The notes under the pieces were generated by a model that was not told the origin of the DNA, did no database searches, and was given only the letters and a program-made list of their open reading frames with translations. From an uncultured Verrucomicrobiae bacterium (GTDB lineage Bacteria; Verrucomicrobiota; Verrucomicrobiia; Chthoniobacterales; UBA10450), in contig CAWDGJ010000003.1 of NCBI GenBank assembly GCA_963801815.1, forward strand, positions 704,001 to 768,000: 64,000 nucleotides of DNA, in the 5' to 3' direction. Shown one piece after another: positions 1-11,104 of this stretch. How positions within the stretch are numbered: position 1 is the first letter of the stretch; every line of letters starts with the position of its first letter. The translations under genes were made by a program, and so were the position numbers.

Positions 1-587
1 CGAAAGTCGTAAACGTGGAGATCCGCCGGCGAAACCTGCTTCAGCTGGCCGGTCGCCACGTCGAGAACGGCAATCCGCTGGTTATGAATTGCCTTGTCGA
101 TGACTCCGGTCGTTGTCGGCGCGGCCATGAGCGGCCCCCCTCCGCCAGCCCCCTCTATATATAAGAGAGCGATTTGACTCCCGTCGCGGGACCAATGCGG
201 CCGGGCGGCGTAGCCGCTGAGCTTGGTCAGTTTTTTCGCGCCCGAGCCGTCCGCATTAACTATCCAGAGCTGTTTTTGCTCGCCTTCGCCGGCGTTGGAT
301 AAAAAGGTCAGCGTTTTGGAATCTGGCGACCACGCTGGGTCGGTATCGATTCGATTGCTGCCGTTTCCGATGGTGATCTTCACCGGCGCCGAGCCAGCCG
401 CCGTTTTGCAAAGGTAGGTTTGCTTCGACGACGTCGCGGCAATCGATTGCACCCAGGCGACATGCGTTCCGTCGGGCGAAAGAGCGACGTCGCCGTAGAG
501 AACGGTCTTACCGAGTTGTTCGGTCAAGTTCATGGTTTGAGCTGTTAATAGTGAAGGAAAAAGACAAAGCAGAAAAAAGTGCCTCAT
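1..587 (-). CDS. S9-family peptidase-like protein, N-terminal beta-propeller (partial, runs off window)
   Basis: Manual translation from ATG 587: signal peptide MRHFFLLCLFPSLLTAQ, then PD40-like repeats (ALSPDGTHVAW, PAWSPDSKTLTF, PHWSRDGSQIA). Catalytic domain is outside the window. Confidence 0.7.
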   Translation of the reverse strand, partial: MRHFFLLCLFPSLLTAQTMNLTEQLGKTVLYGDVALSPDGTHVAWVQSIAATSSKQTYLCKTAAGSAPVKITIGNGSNRIDTDPAWSPDSKTLTFLSNAGEGEQKQLWIVNADGSGAKKLTKLSGYAARPHWSRDGSQIALLYIEGAGGGGPLMAAPTTTGVIDKAIHNQRIAVLDVATGQLKQVSPADLHVYDF

Positions 588-675
588 GCGAGAATCGTTT
601 TCGAGATTCCGGCGATAAAGCGGCGAAACGTCCAGAACAATCTTAAAGCGTTCGCGCGCGCGAACTTTACGGCCC

Positions 676-716
676 GAGGTGCCGAGCAGAGCGAGCCCAC
701 CTAGGAAGCCGGGCGC
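676..716 (+). repeat. ~41-bp dispersed repeat, copy 1 (copy 2 at 39947-39988, minus strand)
   Basis: GAGGTGCCGAGCAGAGCGAGCCCACCTAGG-AAGCCGGGCGC vs reverse complement GAGGGGCCGAGCAAAGCGAGTGCACCTAGGGAAGCCGGGCGC. Confidence 0.75.
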
Positions 717-2302
717 TGCGATCGGGCGTCGAAGCGGTTGTCGGATCGCACGAAAACGAATGTAGTTAGCGCGCCTCCGATTGCTAAGATCGCGCCTCCG
801 GCCATGACTGCTCGAAAACCGGAAACAAACGATTCATCGACAGCGCGTCGGACAAGCTGATGCGTTTCCGCGTCCTGGCTTTCCGGAACGGTGATGGCCG
901 CGAGCTTGTTCCTTTGGCTTTGGACCGATTGCACAACCCGATCAGCCAGACCTGATGCGGCCAGTCTCGCACTTAGCTGATATTTGAATACCTGGAGCAT
1001 GAGGATGCCGAAAACCGCGATAGCCAAAAGTCCGGCGGTCCGCGAGACTGCGTTGTTTACTCCAGAGGCAATGCCCGCGCGAGTTTGTGGGACCGAGCTC
1101 ATGACCACAGTGGTGAGAGGCGCAACGCTGATCGCCATCCCCAGGCCAAGGACCGCGACGGGCGGAAAAAAGTCTGTCCAATAGTTATCGCCAACTCCCG
1201 ATCGGGAAAAAAGCGCGTAACCGCCGGCTATGATGAGCGGGCCGACAATCAACGGCAGTCTCGCTCCGTAGCGATTGACAAGTCCGCCAGACCAACGCGA
1301 GAGAACAAACATCAGCAAAATAAACGGCAACAAGGCCGCGCCCGCTTCAGTTGCGGCGTAGTGTTGAACTTGAATCAAGTTCAACGGAAGAAAGAAAAGT
1401 GTTCCGCCGAGTGCGGCGTAGAGTAAGAACGTCAGGAGATTCATTCCACTAAATGTCCGGGAGCGGAACAGCGTGAGCGGCAGCATTGGATGAGAGATGC
1501 GCGCCTCAAACAGCAGAAACGCAATCAGAAGGATCCCGGCCGCAATGAGAACAAGAATCACAGATCGATCACCGAAACCGAGTCTCGAGGATTCGATTAA
1601 TCCGTAAACGAGTGCGCCGAGTCCAAACGCGACCAGGATCGCGCCAATCCAGTCGACCTTGCTTTTCTCGTCGTCACAACTTTCGCGAACATGTTTCAAC
1701 GAAATGACAATCACTGCCAGCGCGAGAGGAACGTTGATGAAAAACACGGCCCGCCATGAGACGTGTTCGATAAGCCACCCCCCAATTACAGGGCCGGCGC
1801 CGGCAGTGATTGCGCTAAATCCCGACCATGTTCCGATCGCGCGTCCGCGTTGTTGTTCGGAGAAGGAATTACTGATGATGGCAAGACTGCCGGGAACAAG
1901 CAGCGCCGCACCAGCTCCCTGGATTCCGCGGGCGACGATGAGCTGGCGAACGTCCCCGGCGAATCCGCAAGAGGCTGATGCCAGCGCGAAAACGCCCACG
2001 CCAATCAAAAAGATTTTCCGGCGCCCGTAGTGATCGCCCAGCGAACCGCCAACCAACAAGAGCGCAGAAAGAAACAGGGAGTAGGCCTCGATCACCCATT
2101 GCACATCGATTGCCGTGGCGTTGAGGTTTGTTTGGAGCGCCGGCAACGCGACGTTCACGACAGTGCCATCGATGAACGCCATGCTCGAGGCAAGAATGGT
2201 GGCGGTGAGCACCCATCGACCGCGCGATTTTGCACACGGCTCGATGGCGGACCGGGAGCGAATTACGCTTTCATCGCAGGGATCTCGAAAGATCGCCCAC
2301 AT
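701..2302 (-). CDS. DHA2 (EmrB/QacA) family MFS drug efflux transporter
   Basis: IDGTVVNVALP, GSLGDHYGRRK motif A, WRAVFFINVP; about 14 hydrophobic segments. Confidence 0.93.
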   Translation of the reverse strand: MWAIFRDPCDESVIRSRSAIEPCAKSRGRWVLTATILASSMAFIDGTVVNVALPALQTNLNATAIDVQWVIEAYSLFLSALLLVGGSLGDHYGRRKIFLIGVGVFALASASCGFAGDVRQLIVARGIQGAGAALLVPGSLAIISNSFSEQQRGRAIGTWSGFSAITAGAGPVIGGWLIEHVSWRAVFFINVPLALAVIVISLKHVRESCDDEKSKVDWIGAILVAFGLGALVYGLIESSRLGFGDRSVILVLIAAGILLIAFLLFEARISHPMLPLTLFRSRTFSGMNLLTFLLYAALGGTLFFLPLNLIQVQHYAATEAGAALLPFILLMFVLSRWSGGLVNRYGARLPLIVGPLIIAGGYALFSRSGVGDNYWTDFFPPVAVLGLGMAISVAPLTTVVMSSVPQTRAGIASGVNNAVSRTAGLLAIAVFGILMLQVFKYQLSARLAASGLADRVVQSVQSQRNKLAAITVPESQDAETHQLVRRAVDESFVSGFRAVMAGGAILAIGGALTTFVFVRSDNRFDARSQRPAS

Positions 2303-2304
2303 GT

Positions 2305-2574
2305 TCAGTATTCACAAAACGTCTCGTCGGAATAGCAATACAACCAGCGCTCGTCCGGTTGCGCGGAAGCAATCACCGGATGACCGCTGGCGTGGGCATG
2401 TTTGCTGGCGTGACGATTGGGCGAGCTGTCGCAGCAAAGTGTGACGTCGCAGGTCTGGCATGTTCGTAGATGCACCCATGAGGCGCCGATTTTTACGCAT
2501 TCGACGCATTCGCGCACCTTTGGCTGTTTCACTGAATCGACGGCGTTGAGGTGGGCGCAGGGACGATCAGTCAT
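2305..2574 (-). CDS. UBP-type zinc finger protein
   Basis: CAHL..CVEC..WVHLRTCQTC..CCDSSPNRHASKH..HPVI pattern. Confidence 0.9.
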   Translation of the reverse strand: MTDRPCAHLNAVDSVKQPKVRECVECVKIGASWVHLRTCQTCDVTLCCDSSPNRHASKHAHASGHPVIASAQPDERWLYCYSDETFCEY

Positions 2575-4289
2575 TTACGATTGTCGTTGTTTGACGTTGC
2601 CAGGCGAAGATGAATTCCGGCGACGGCCATGCCTCCCTCGCCCACAGCGGCCGCGCAACGCTTCACCGATCCGGACCGCACGTCGCCGGCTGCAAAAATT
2701 CCCGGCAGACTTGTTTCCATCGGGGTTGGTTGACGTTTGCTCGCACGCCACGCTGGTTCGTCTGCGACCGCGGTGCCGGTTTTGATAAATCCTCTGTCGT
2801 CACGCGCGATCTCGGCCGGCAGCCATTCCGTGCACGGCTTAGCGCCGATCATCGAAAATACGGCGGGAGTCTTGATGACTCGTCGCTCGCCCGTTTTCGT
2901 GTTCTCGAGCTCAACTTCCTCGAGTTTTTGACCACCGGACATCCGTCGAACTTCCGTGCGGTAAAGAATTTCGATGTTCTTCTGCGCCTGCACCCGACGA
3001 GACAGGTAATCGGACATCTTTTTTGTGATGTCATCGCCGCGAACAACCAGCAAGACTTTGCGCGCGCCGTCGGAAAGAAACATCGCCGCTTGTCCGGCCG
3101 AATTGCCACTTCCAACGACGATCACCGTTTCGTTACGGCAAATTTGACCTTCCAAAGCCGTAGCCGCGTAATAGACGCCAACCCCTTCGAATCGTTCGCG
3201 ATTTGCCGCGTCGAGCCGTCCGTAGTCCGCGCCCGTAGCAATCAGAACAGTCTTCGCCCGCAACGTTGCCGGACAGCCCTCGCTCTCGATACATGCGACG
3301 TATTCATCTTCCGGATTGTAGCGAAGGGTAAGGACTTGCGAGGGCGTGGAAAACTTCGCTCCGAATCGATAGGCCTGAAGTTGCGCGAGCCAGGTTAAGT
3401 CTCCGCCACTGACGCCGGTTGGAAATCCAAAGAAGTTTTCAATCAATGAGGACGATCCCGCCTGACCACCAGGCGCGTAACTTTCCAGAACAACGGTTTT
3501 CAATCCTTCCGACGCAGCATAAACTGCCGCGGCCAGTCCGGCCGGACCGGCGCCGACAATTGTAACGTCGGAGAAAATCTCGGTTTCATTTTCAGAAGCA
3601 AGTGCACGTAGTAATCCCGCGACTTGCGCAACCTCGCGTAAGGACGGGCGGCGCAACGGCGAGCCGCTTGGCGTGATCAAAGTTGGCAAATGGCGCGTCG
3701 CGAGATGAAAACGCTTGCTTAGCTCCTGTCCTTGTTCGCTGTCGAATTGGATAAGTCGATGCGGGATGTGATTCTTATCAAGAAAATTGTCGAGCTCATG
3801 GCCGGCGCGGTCATCGCCCGCAGCCAGAACGCGAAAGCCGGCAAATTCCCGGTCGCGGTTCAAGCGGCGGCGCCGCATGATCAACGCATTAACGATCGTC
3901 GTGCTTACGGCCGGTATTTCGGCCAACGCCCGACGAAGTTCTGCGGCCGGGACGTGAAGAATTTCCGCTTCATCCGATGTCACGCGCGTGCTCGCAAGAG
4001 CGGATGTGCCTTGTAACATCGACACATCCCCAACGAAATCGCGTTCATGCGCGGTCGCCAAAATCTGCTCTGTGCCATCGCGTTGCTCGACCGCTTCCAA
4101 TTCTCCGCGGAGGACGATCGTCAAGCCAAGGTCGCGCTGACCGGCCTTAAAAATGAGGTCACCGCGCTTCAAGTTCCGTCGCTGCCCAATCGGTTCGAGC
4201 AATGACAGCTGATGATCGTCCAGCTTCGGGAACGCGATCGCTTCCGTGTCGCGGTAAAATCGCTCGTCCTGTTCCTCAGTCGTCGGCAT
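2571..4289 (-). CDS. Cyclic-nucleotide-binding domain + thioredoxin-reductase-like FAD oxidoreductase
   Basis: N-terminal cNMP-like domain; GAGPAG FAD motif, GGQAGSSSLIENFFGFP, GSGNSAG, GIFAAGDVRSGSVKR. Confidence 0.9.
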   Translation of the reverse strand: MPTTEEQDERFYRDTEAIAFPKLDDHQLSLLEPIGQRRNLKRGDLIFKAGQRDLGLTIVLRGELEAVEQRDGTEQILATAHERDFVGDVSMLQGTSALASTRVTSDEAEILHVPAAELRRALAEIPAVSTTIVNALIMRRRRLNRDREFAGFRVLAAGDDRAGHELDNFLDKNHIPHRLIQFDSEQGQELSKRFHLATRHLPTLITPSGSPLRRPSLREVAQVAGLLRALASENETEIFSDVTIVGAGPAGLAAAVYAASEGLKTVVLESYAPGGQAGSSSLIENFFGFPTGVSGGDLTWLAQLQAYRFGAKFSTPSQVLTLRYNPEDEYVACIESEGCPATLRAKTVLIATGADYGRLDAANRERFEGVGVYYAATALEGQICRNETVIVVGSGNSAGQAAMFLSDGARKVLLVVRGDDITKKMSDYLSRRVQAQKNIEILYRTEVRRMSGGQKLEEVELENTKTGERRVIKTPAVFSMIGAKPCTEWLPAEIARDDRGFIKTGTAVADEPAWRASKRQPTPMETSLPGIFAAGDVRSGSVKRCAAAVGEGGMAVAGIHLRLATSNNDNRK

Positions 4290-4292
4290 GTT

Positions 4293-4913
4293 TTAATATT
4301 GCAAACGTGTCAAATACTCGCGCGCAAGATCGACATCGTCACTGGTAAGTTCGTGCCCGCTCTGAAAAAAGCGAATCGTTACGTCCGCTCCGGCGTCCCG
4401 TAACAATTTTGCCAGCTCTTTAGTGCTCGACGCCGGAATAATCGGATCGTGAGCGCCGGCGCCAATCCAAACACCAACCGAGGTTAGTTTCGGCTGTTTT
4501 TCTGGCGTCAGCGGAAGCATTGCGCGAAACAAAACCGCGGCTGATAACACTTCGGGACGAAGCAAGAGCATGCTCGCCGCAATGTTCGCACCGTTGGAAT
4601 AACCGACGGCGACGATTTCACTCTTATCGACCTCGTAATGTTGCGTCGCGGAAATCACGAAATCGGCAAGCTCATGCGTTCGCGCTTTTAAATCTTCCAA
4701 ATCAAAAACGCCTTCAGCCAGTCGACGAAAAAAACGCGGCATCCCGTTCTCAAGAGTCTTGCCTCTTGGACTAAGCAGCGAAGCACCCGGATCCAGCTCC
4801 TGACCCAGCGAAATGAGATCGCGCTCGTTGCCGCCCGTCCCATGCAAAAGCAAAAGTGTGCGCTTTGATTTTCCGGCGACGAATTCGTGAATGAAATCGG
4901 GTTGCGGTCTCAC
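4293..4913 (-). CDS. Alpha/beta hydrolase (phospholipase/carboxylesterase family)
   Basis: LLHGTGG, GYSNGA nucleophile elbow, HDPI, GHEL. Confidence 0.88.
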   Translation of the reverse strand: MRPQPDFIHEFVAGKSKRTLLLLHGTGGNERDLISLGQELDPGASLLSPRGKTLENGMPRFFRRLAEGVFDLEDLKARTHELADFVISATQHYEVDKSEIVAVGYSNGANIAASMLLLRPEVLSAAVLFRAMLPLTPEKQPKLTSVGVWIGAGAHDPIIPASSTKELAKLLRDAGADVTIRFFQSGHELTSDDVDLAREYLTRLQY

Positions 4914-5395
4914 ATCGCGTGAGTCGGCTCGGGGTGAAAGCGAAACAGCGCGATGATGCAGAGCAAAACGGAAACCACAAGCACGACGAGCTGGGTGAGC
5001 TTGAACGGACTCTCGGTTTGGGTCGGCGCTAGCGCGTGCAGGGCCGGAACCTTTTCAAACAATTGCACGACTAGGACGAAAAGATTGAAATACAAGCAGA
5101 TCACCGCGCCGATGACGTAGATCCAGCGCCATGCCCGATGGAGCTGCTTCGGATAGCGCGCGAAAATCGTGAGCGCGAGAAACGGCAGCGATATGAGTCC
5201 GAGGCCGATCGCCGGCGTGAAACCGTGAAATGGAAAGAAAAATCCGGTAACTGTCGTTGCAACCGCGGTAATCAGAAACCATTTCGTCCAACCATCGGCC
5301 CGATTTCTGGCCAGCATTGCGAACACAACAACAACGCCGGTGACGATTGCAACCAAACTGATCAGCGTGTGAATGATGGTTAATGCCTGGATCAT
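4910..5395 (-). CDS. Conserved hypothetical membrane protein
   Basis: Likely start MIQALTIIHTLISLV at 5395, ATGA overlap with RND stop; about 5 TM segments. Confidence 0.75.
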   Translation of the reverse strand: MIQALTIIHTLISLVAIVTGVVVVFAMLARNRADGWTKWFLITAVATTVTGFFFPFHGFTPAIGLGLISLPFLALTIFARYPKQLHRAWRWIYVIGAVICLYFNLFVLVVQLFEKVPALHALAPTQTESPFKLTQLVVLVVSVLLCIIALFRFHPEPTHAM

Positions 5396-8300
5396 TTTGT
5401 GACTCCTTCTGTTGTCGTTACTGTTAATGATTCGTGCCCGGCGAAGAATCGCTCGATGACGTAAAACGTTACCGGGATGAGGAAGATCGCGATTCCCGAT
5501 GCGGCGATCATTCCGCCGATGACGGTCGACCCAAGCACGCGACGCGCGACCGCACCGGAACCGCTGGCGAACCAGAGCGGCAAGACATCCGAAGATGAAC
5601 GCGAATGATGTCATCAGGATCGGCCGCAGGCGCAAGGCGCGCGCCTTCAAGCGCGGCGTCGAGGAGTGGTTTGCCTTTTTCGTATTCATCCTTGGCGAAT
5701 TCGACGATGAGGATCGCGTTTTTTGCGGCGAGACCGATCAGCATGACCAAACCGATTTGCGCGTAGATGTTGTTTTGCATTCCGCGCCACCAGAGGGTGA
5801 GAAAGGCGCCAAACACCGCGACCGGCGTGCCTAGCAAGACACTGAACGGCAGCGACCAGCTTTCATACAGTGCTGCGAGAATCAGAAACACGAACAAGAG
5901 CGACATTCCAAAAACCAAAGTTGGCGAGACACCTTGTTGCGCTTTCTTTTCCTGATACGACAGGCCGAGGTAGTCGTAGCCCATCTCGTTAGGCATGGTT
6001 TGTCGAAAAGTTTCCTCGAGCGCGTTCATCGCCTGGTATGAGCTGTAGCCTGGCGCGGCCGACCCGTTGATTTGAGCGGCGCGATATTCGTTGTAACGCA
6101 ACGTGAATTCCGGACCGGCGATGTCCTCGATCGTCGAGATCGCATCGAGCGGCACCGGCGTTGCCAGTCGAGTTGCGGACGAAAAACTGGCCGACGTTCT
6201 TCGCGTCGGTTCGATAATCGCCTTCTGCTTCGATGTAGACCTGCCAGGTGCGGCCGAAGCGGTTGAAGTAATTCACGAAAAAGCCGCCCATGAATGTCTG
6301 CAGCGTTTGATAAACCGAGGTGAGATCGATGCCCTGCTTGACGACTTTGTCGCGATCGACTTTGACTAAAACCTGCGGCACATTCGGCAAAAATGTCGGA
6401 ATCAAAGTGCCGAGCTCTGGCCGTTTATGCGCTGCATCCAAAAATGTCTTCACGTTTTTCGCGAGAAACGGGACGTCTTTGCCCGCGCGATCCTCAAGCA
6501 TAAAGGTGAATCCACCGGATGTGCCAACGCCCGGGAATCGCCGGTGGCGGGAAACGCAAATGCGATGCCTTCGCTGAGACCGCCGAGGTATTGATTTAAT
6601 CGCGCCTTGATTGCCGTCGTATTGTTCTTCGGGTTTCGTGCGCTCGCTCCAGGGCTTAAACGTGACGAAGAAGAACGCGCTGTAGGTATTCTGGACCAAA
6701 CTCAGCAGACTAAATCCAATGACGCTGGTCGTGTACTGGACACCGGGTGTTTTGCTCAGGAAATCTTCGATCTTATGACAGACCTGATCGGTGCGCTCGA
6801 GCGACGACGCGTCGGGCAATTGCAGCGCGAGAAAAACGTAGCCCTGATCTTCCTCGGGCAAAAAGCCGCTCGGCAATCTTTTCCCAAAAAACCGGCGCCA
6901 ACGGCAAGCACGAGCAGCAGCGCGAAACTCAGCACGGCTTTCCGAATCGCGACCCGCGACCAGTTTACATAACCGTGGGTGGCGCTGCCGAAAATGCGAT
7001 TGAACCGATCATAAAACCAACCGAGCGGGCCGCGGGTTTTCTTGCGCGGCCGGAGCAAGATCGCCGAAAGCGCAGGACTGAGTGAGAGCGCGTTGAAGGC
7101 AGAGATGATGACCGAGATCGCAATCGTCAGGGCAAACTGTTGATATAGTCGGCCGGTGATGCCGGGAAGAAATGCCGTCGGAATAAACACCGCCGAAAGC
7201 ACGAGCGCGATGCCGATGACCGGCCCCGACACTTCGCGCATCGCTTGCAGCGTTGCTTCGCGCGGCGCCATTCCTTCTTCGATGTGACGCTCGACTGCTT
7301 CGACCACGACGATCGCATCATCGACCACGAGACCGATCGCGAGCACGAGTCCGAAAAGCGAAAGCGTGTTGATCGAGAATCCGAACAACGGGAACAACAC
7401 AAACGTCCCGACTAACGAGACCGGCACCGCGCACAGCGGAATCAGCGTGGCGCGCCAGCCTTGGAGGAAAATGAAAACGACGAGCACGACGAGCGCGAGC
7501 GCTTCGAGCAGCGTTTTCAAAATTTCGCTGATGCCTTCTGTGACGGAGAGCGTTTGATCGAGCGAGACGCATAATCGATGTCGGCGGGAAACCGCTGCTT
7601 CGCTTCCGTCATCAGCTTGCGCACTGCTTGCGCGGCTTTGACCGCATTGGTTCCGGGCAACTGATACAGACGCGAGAATGGCCGCGGGCTGTCCGTTCAG
7701 ACGGCCTCTTACATTGTAAGTCTGCGCGCCGAGATCGATCCGCGCGATGTCTTTCACCCGAACGAACGAACCGTCCGGATTTGCCCTGACGACGATCTCG
7801 CCGAATTCCTCCGGCGTTTGCAGCCGACCCTGCGCGCGCACTGTGTAGGTAAATTTTTGTCCGCTCGGAATCGGTTCGCCTCCGACCTGGCCCGCCGGAT
7901 TCACCGTGTGTTCTGCTTTTGCACCGCGGTGATGATGTCGGGAACGGTGATGCCAAGCTTCGCGAGTTGGTCGGGCTTCACCCACAAGCGCATCGCGTAT
8001 TGGCCCGCGCCGAAAATCTGCACGTTTCCAATTCCCGGAACGCGGGTCAGTTGATCGACCAGGTTGATGTAAGCGTAGTTCGCGAGGAAAATGTTCGTCG
8101 TAGGTTCCTTTCGGCGAATAAAGCGAGACCAGCATCAGCGGCGCCGTTGTCGATTTCTTCACCGTGACGCCGTAGTTGTTCACGTCGGCCGGCAATTGCG
8201 ATTGCGCTTGCGAGACGCGCAGCTGCGTCAGCACCTGATCGATGTTCGGATCGGTCGCGACGTCGAAATTGACGATCAATCGAATGTCGCCGCTGTTGGC

Positions 8301-8547
8301 GTTGATCGAGTACATGTAATTCATGTTGTCGACGCCGCTCATCTGCTGCTCGATCGGCGCCGCGACGGATTGCTCGACCGTCAGCGCGTCCGCGCCGGTG
8401 TAGTGCGTTTGCACCTGAATTTCTGGCGGCGCGATTTGCGGATATTGCGAGATCGGTAGAGCCGAGAATGCAGACACCGCCGATCAGCGTCATCAAAACG
8501 GCGATGACGATCGCGACAATCGGACGCCTAACGAAAAACTCAGACAT
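5392..8547 (-). pseudogene. HAE1/AcrB-type RND efflux permease, multiply frameshifted (real decay or sequencing indels)
   Basis: AcrB motifs spread across frames: [65 protein letters not shown]. Confidence 0.9.
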
Positions 8548-8561
8548 CGCCGGTTAGGTTT

Positions 8562-9750
8562 CTACGGACTCGCCGATGTCGATGGGGCGGGGGACTGCGC
8601 CGGCGGCGTCCATTCTTTCACCGTCACGGTCGAACCTTCGCGCGCTTTTTGCAGGCCTTGCACAACGACTCTGTCTCCAGGCTTCAAGCCGTCGGTGACT
8701 TGCCACATCGCGCCAATGCGTTCGCCCATTTTTACCGGACGAATGCTGACCTTGTTGTTCTGATCGACTACTGCGACTTGGAAATTGCCCTGCAATTCAG
8801 TCACCGCCTCCTGCGGAACAACGAGCGCGTTTTTCACCGCGTCCGGGACGAATCGCACTTTCCCAAATTGTCCCGGCCGCAAAATGGCGTCTGGATTTGG
8901 AAAGGTCACGTAGTAGCGGATCGACCCTGTTTTTGGGTCGAGGTTTCGATCCAGCGCGTAAAACTTTCCTTTTCGCGGATAGAGATTGCCATTGCCGAGA
9001 ATCAACTCGAAGTCGATGCTTTTGAGGAGAGCCTGGCGTTTCTCCGAGATCCGGGTAGCGCGCAAAGAAATCCGTGAACGCAGCTTCGCCCACCGTTACG
9101 ATGGCTTTGATCGGATCGATCTGCGACACCGTCGTGAGCGGAGTCGTTGTTGCCGGCCCAACAAGATCGCCCACCTGGCTATTGGCGAACCCGGCCAGCC
9201 CATTGATCGGTGCCGTAATTTTGGTGTAGCCAAGATTGAGTTCGGCGGTTTCCACGGCGGCTTCGTCGGCTTCAACATTCGCTTTGCTCGAATCCGCCGC
9301 CGCGATCGCAGTATCGCGCTCCGAGTCGCTGATGACCTTTTTTTTGAACAAGTCGCGTGCGCGCTTTTCATCCGCGTCGGCTTTGGCCTGATTCGCCTGG
9401 TCTTTCGCCAAAGTGCCTTTCGCCTGCGCCAGTGCAGCCTCGAACGGACGCGGATCGATTTGGAAAAGCAGGTCGCCCTTCTTTACCAGGCTGCCTTCCT
9501 GATAATCGCGCGAGATGATGTAGCCCTGCACCTGCGCGTTGATGTTGGCGTTGATGAAACCGTCGAGCGTGGCCACGCGTTCCAGGATGCGCGGCACATC
9601 CCGCGGCTGCACCGTTGTAACCAGAACTTCCGGCGCAGCCGGTGCGGCCGGCGCCGCTTTGCGCGAGCAACTTGATACAAACAGTCCCAAAATGAACAGC
9701 GCGAAAGCGGCTGTGCCCCCGATCATTAACCGCCAATCGTTCTTCATCAC
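8562..9750 (-). pseudogene. RND periplasmic adaptor (MFP), one frameshift near 9050
   Basis: Lipobox-like VSSC, VKKGDLLFQIDPRPF, LGYTKITAPING in one frame; FPNPDAILRPGQF..GLKPGDRVVV in another. Confidence 0.88.
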
Positions 9751-10166
9751 TACGGACTTGCCGCCTTTCTCGAGATGGAGTTCAGCACCGTGCTCATCTT
9801 ATCGATAATGCTGTCTTGGTTGGTTAGGCCGTGTCTTTGTGCAATCCAGCCCGGCTGATTGTAAGAAATCCATGTCTCGTTGGCTCCGTCTTGCCACACC
9901 AGTACCTTCAAAGGCAAATCGATTCCCACGGTCTGAACCGATTGCATTAAAGGTGTCCCGCCGCGCGCATTACCGAAAATGATGAGCTCGGTGGGCCGTA
10001 GTGTCAGTCCTACTTTCGCGGCGCCAGCCGCGTGATCGATCCGGGCAAAAACGTCCAGTCCATTCGCGCGGATTTGGGTTTCCAATCGATCGATTGTTTC
10101 CTTCGAAGTGAAGTGGCTCGCAATTGTAGTGAGTCCTCCCGTGTTGCCTAAGGAGTTTGCGGTCAT
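9750..10166 (-). CDS. DUF302 domain protein
   Basis: FARIDHAAGA..LIIFGN..GTPLMQ..GIDLPLKVLVW. Confidence 0.88.
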   Translation of the reverse strand: MTANSLGNTGGLTTIASHFTSKETIDRLETQIRANGLDVFARIDHAAGAAKVGLTLRPTELIIFGNARGGTPLMQSVQTVGIDLPLKVLVWQDGANETWISYNQPGWIAQRHGLTNQDSIIDKMSTVLNSISRKAASP

Positions 10167-10179
10167 CAGGTGTTCACTC

Positions 10180-11016
10180 TCAGCTCTTGAAGAACGCGAG
10201 CAGATCGGCGTTGATGACGTCGGCTTGCGTCGTGATCATGCCGTGCGGGTAATCCTTGTAGGTCTTCAGCGTGCCTTTCTTGAGCAGCTTGGCGGAGAGT
10301 GGACCAGCGGCCTGATAGGGCACGATCTGATCGTCCTCGCTATGCATGACCAGGACCGGCACGTTGATCTTTTTCAGATCTTCGGTGAAGTCAGTTTGCG
10401 AGAACGCGACGATGCCGTCGTAATGCGCCTTAGCGCCACCCATCATGCCCTGACGCCACCAATTCCAAACAAGAGGCTCGATCGTTTTCACGCCCGGACG
10501 ATTGAATCCGTAGAACGGGCCGGCCGGCAGGTCGTAATAGAACTTGGGCCGATTGGCGGCGAGCTGCGCTTGAAGATCGTCGAACACCGATTTCGGTGCA
10601 CCTAACGGATTGGCCGGAGTCTTTACCATCAGCGGCGGCACGGCACTGATGATCGCCGCCTTCGCCACATTTTTGTCGCCGTGACGGGCGAGATAATGCA
10701 CCACCTGGCCGCCACCGGTTGAATGCCCGACGTGAATCGCATCCTTCAAGTTGAGATGATCGGTGACGGCCTTCAGATCGTCGGCGTAGTGGTCCATGTC
10801 ATGCCCGTCGCCGGTTTGAGTCGAGCGACCATGTCCGCGGCGATCAGTCGCAATGACGCGATAACCTTTGCTGAGGAAAAAAAGCATCTGAGCGTCCCAA
10901 TCATCCGCTGAGAGCGGCCAACCGTGACTGAAGACAATCGGTTGCCCGCTGCCCCAGTCTTTATAATAGATGTCGATGTTCTGTCCGTTCTCTTTTCCGG
11001 CATTGATGTATGGCAT
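10180..11016 (-). CDS. Non-heme chloroperoxidase-like alpha/beta hydrolase
   Basis: YYKDWGSGQPIVFSHGWP, DRRGHGRS, GHSTGGG, DDQIVP, PHG. Confidence 0.92.
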   Translation of the reverse strand: MPYINAGKENGQNIDIYYKDWGSGQPIVFSHGWPLSADDWDAQMLFFLSKGYRVIATDRRGHGRSTQTGDGHDMDHYADDLKAVTDHLNLKDAIHVGHSTGGGQVVHYLARHGDKNVAKAAIISAVPPLMVKTPANPLGAPKSVFDDLQAQLAANRPKFYYDLPAGPFYGFNRPGVKTIEPLVWNWWRQGMMGGAKAHYDGIVAFSQTDFTEDLKKINVPVLVMHSEDDQIVPYQAAGPLSAKLLKKGTLKTYKDYPHGMITTQADVINADLLAFFKS

Positions 11017-11104
11017 AGTAACTCCTAGTGTGCGTTCAAGTTCGGTTAGCTTGGGCGATTACATAATTCATCAGGGATCCGTCATGTTACGTTTGTGTGA
11101 ACAG

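Noticed and set aside
5392..8547. Programmed frameshifting or a split RND system
   Set aside because: There are too many scattered shifts and no consistent slippery sites; artefact or decay is simpler.
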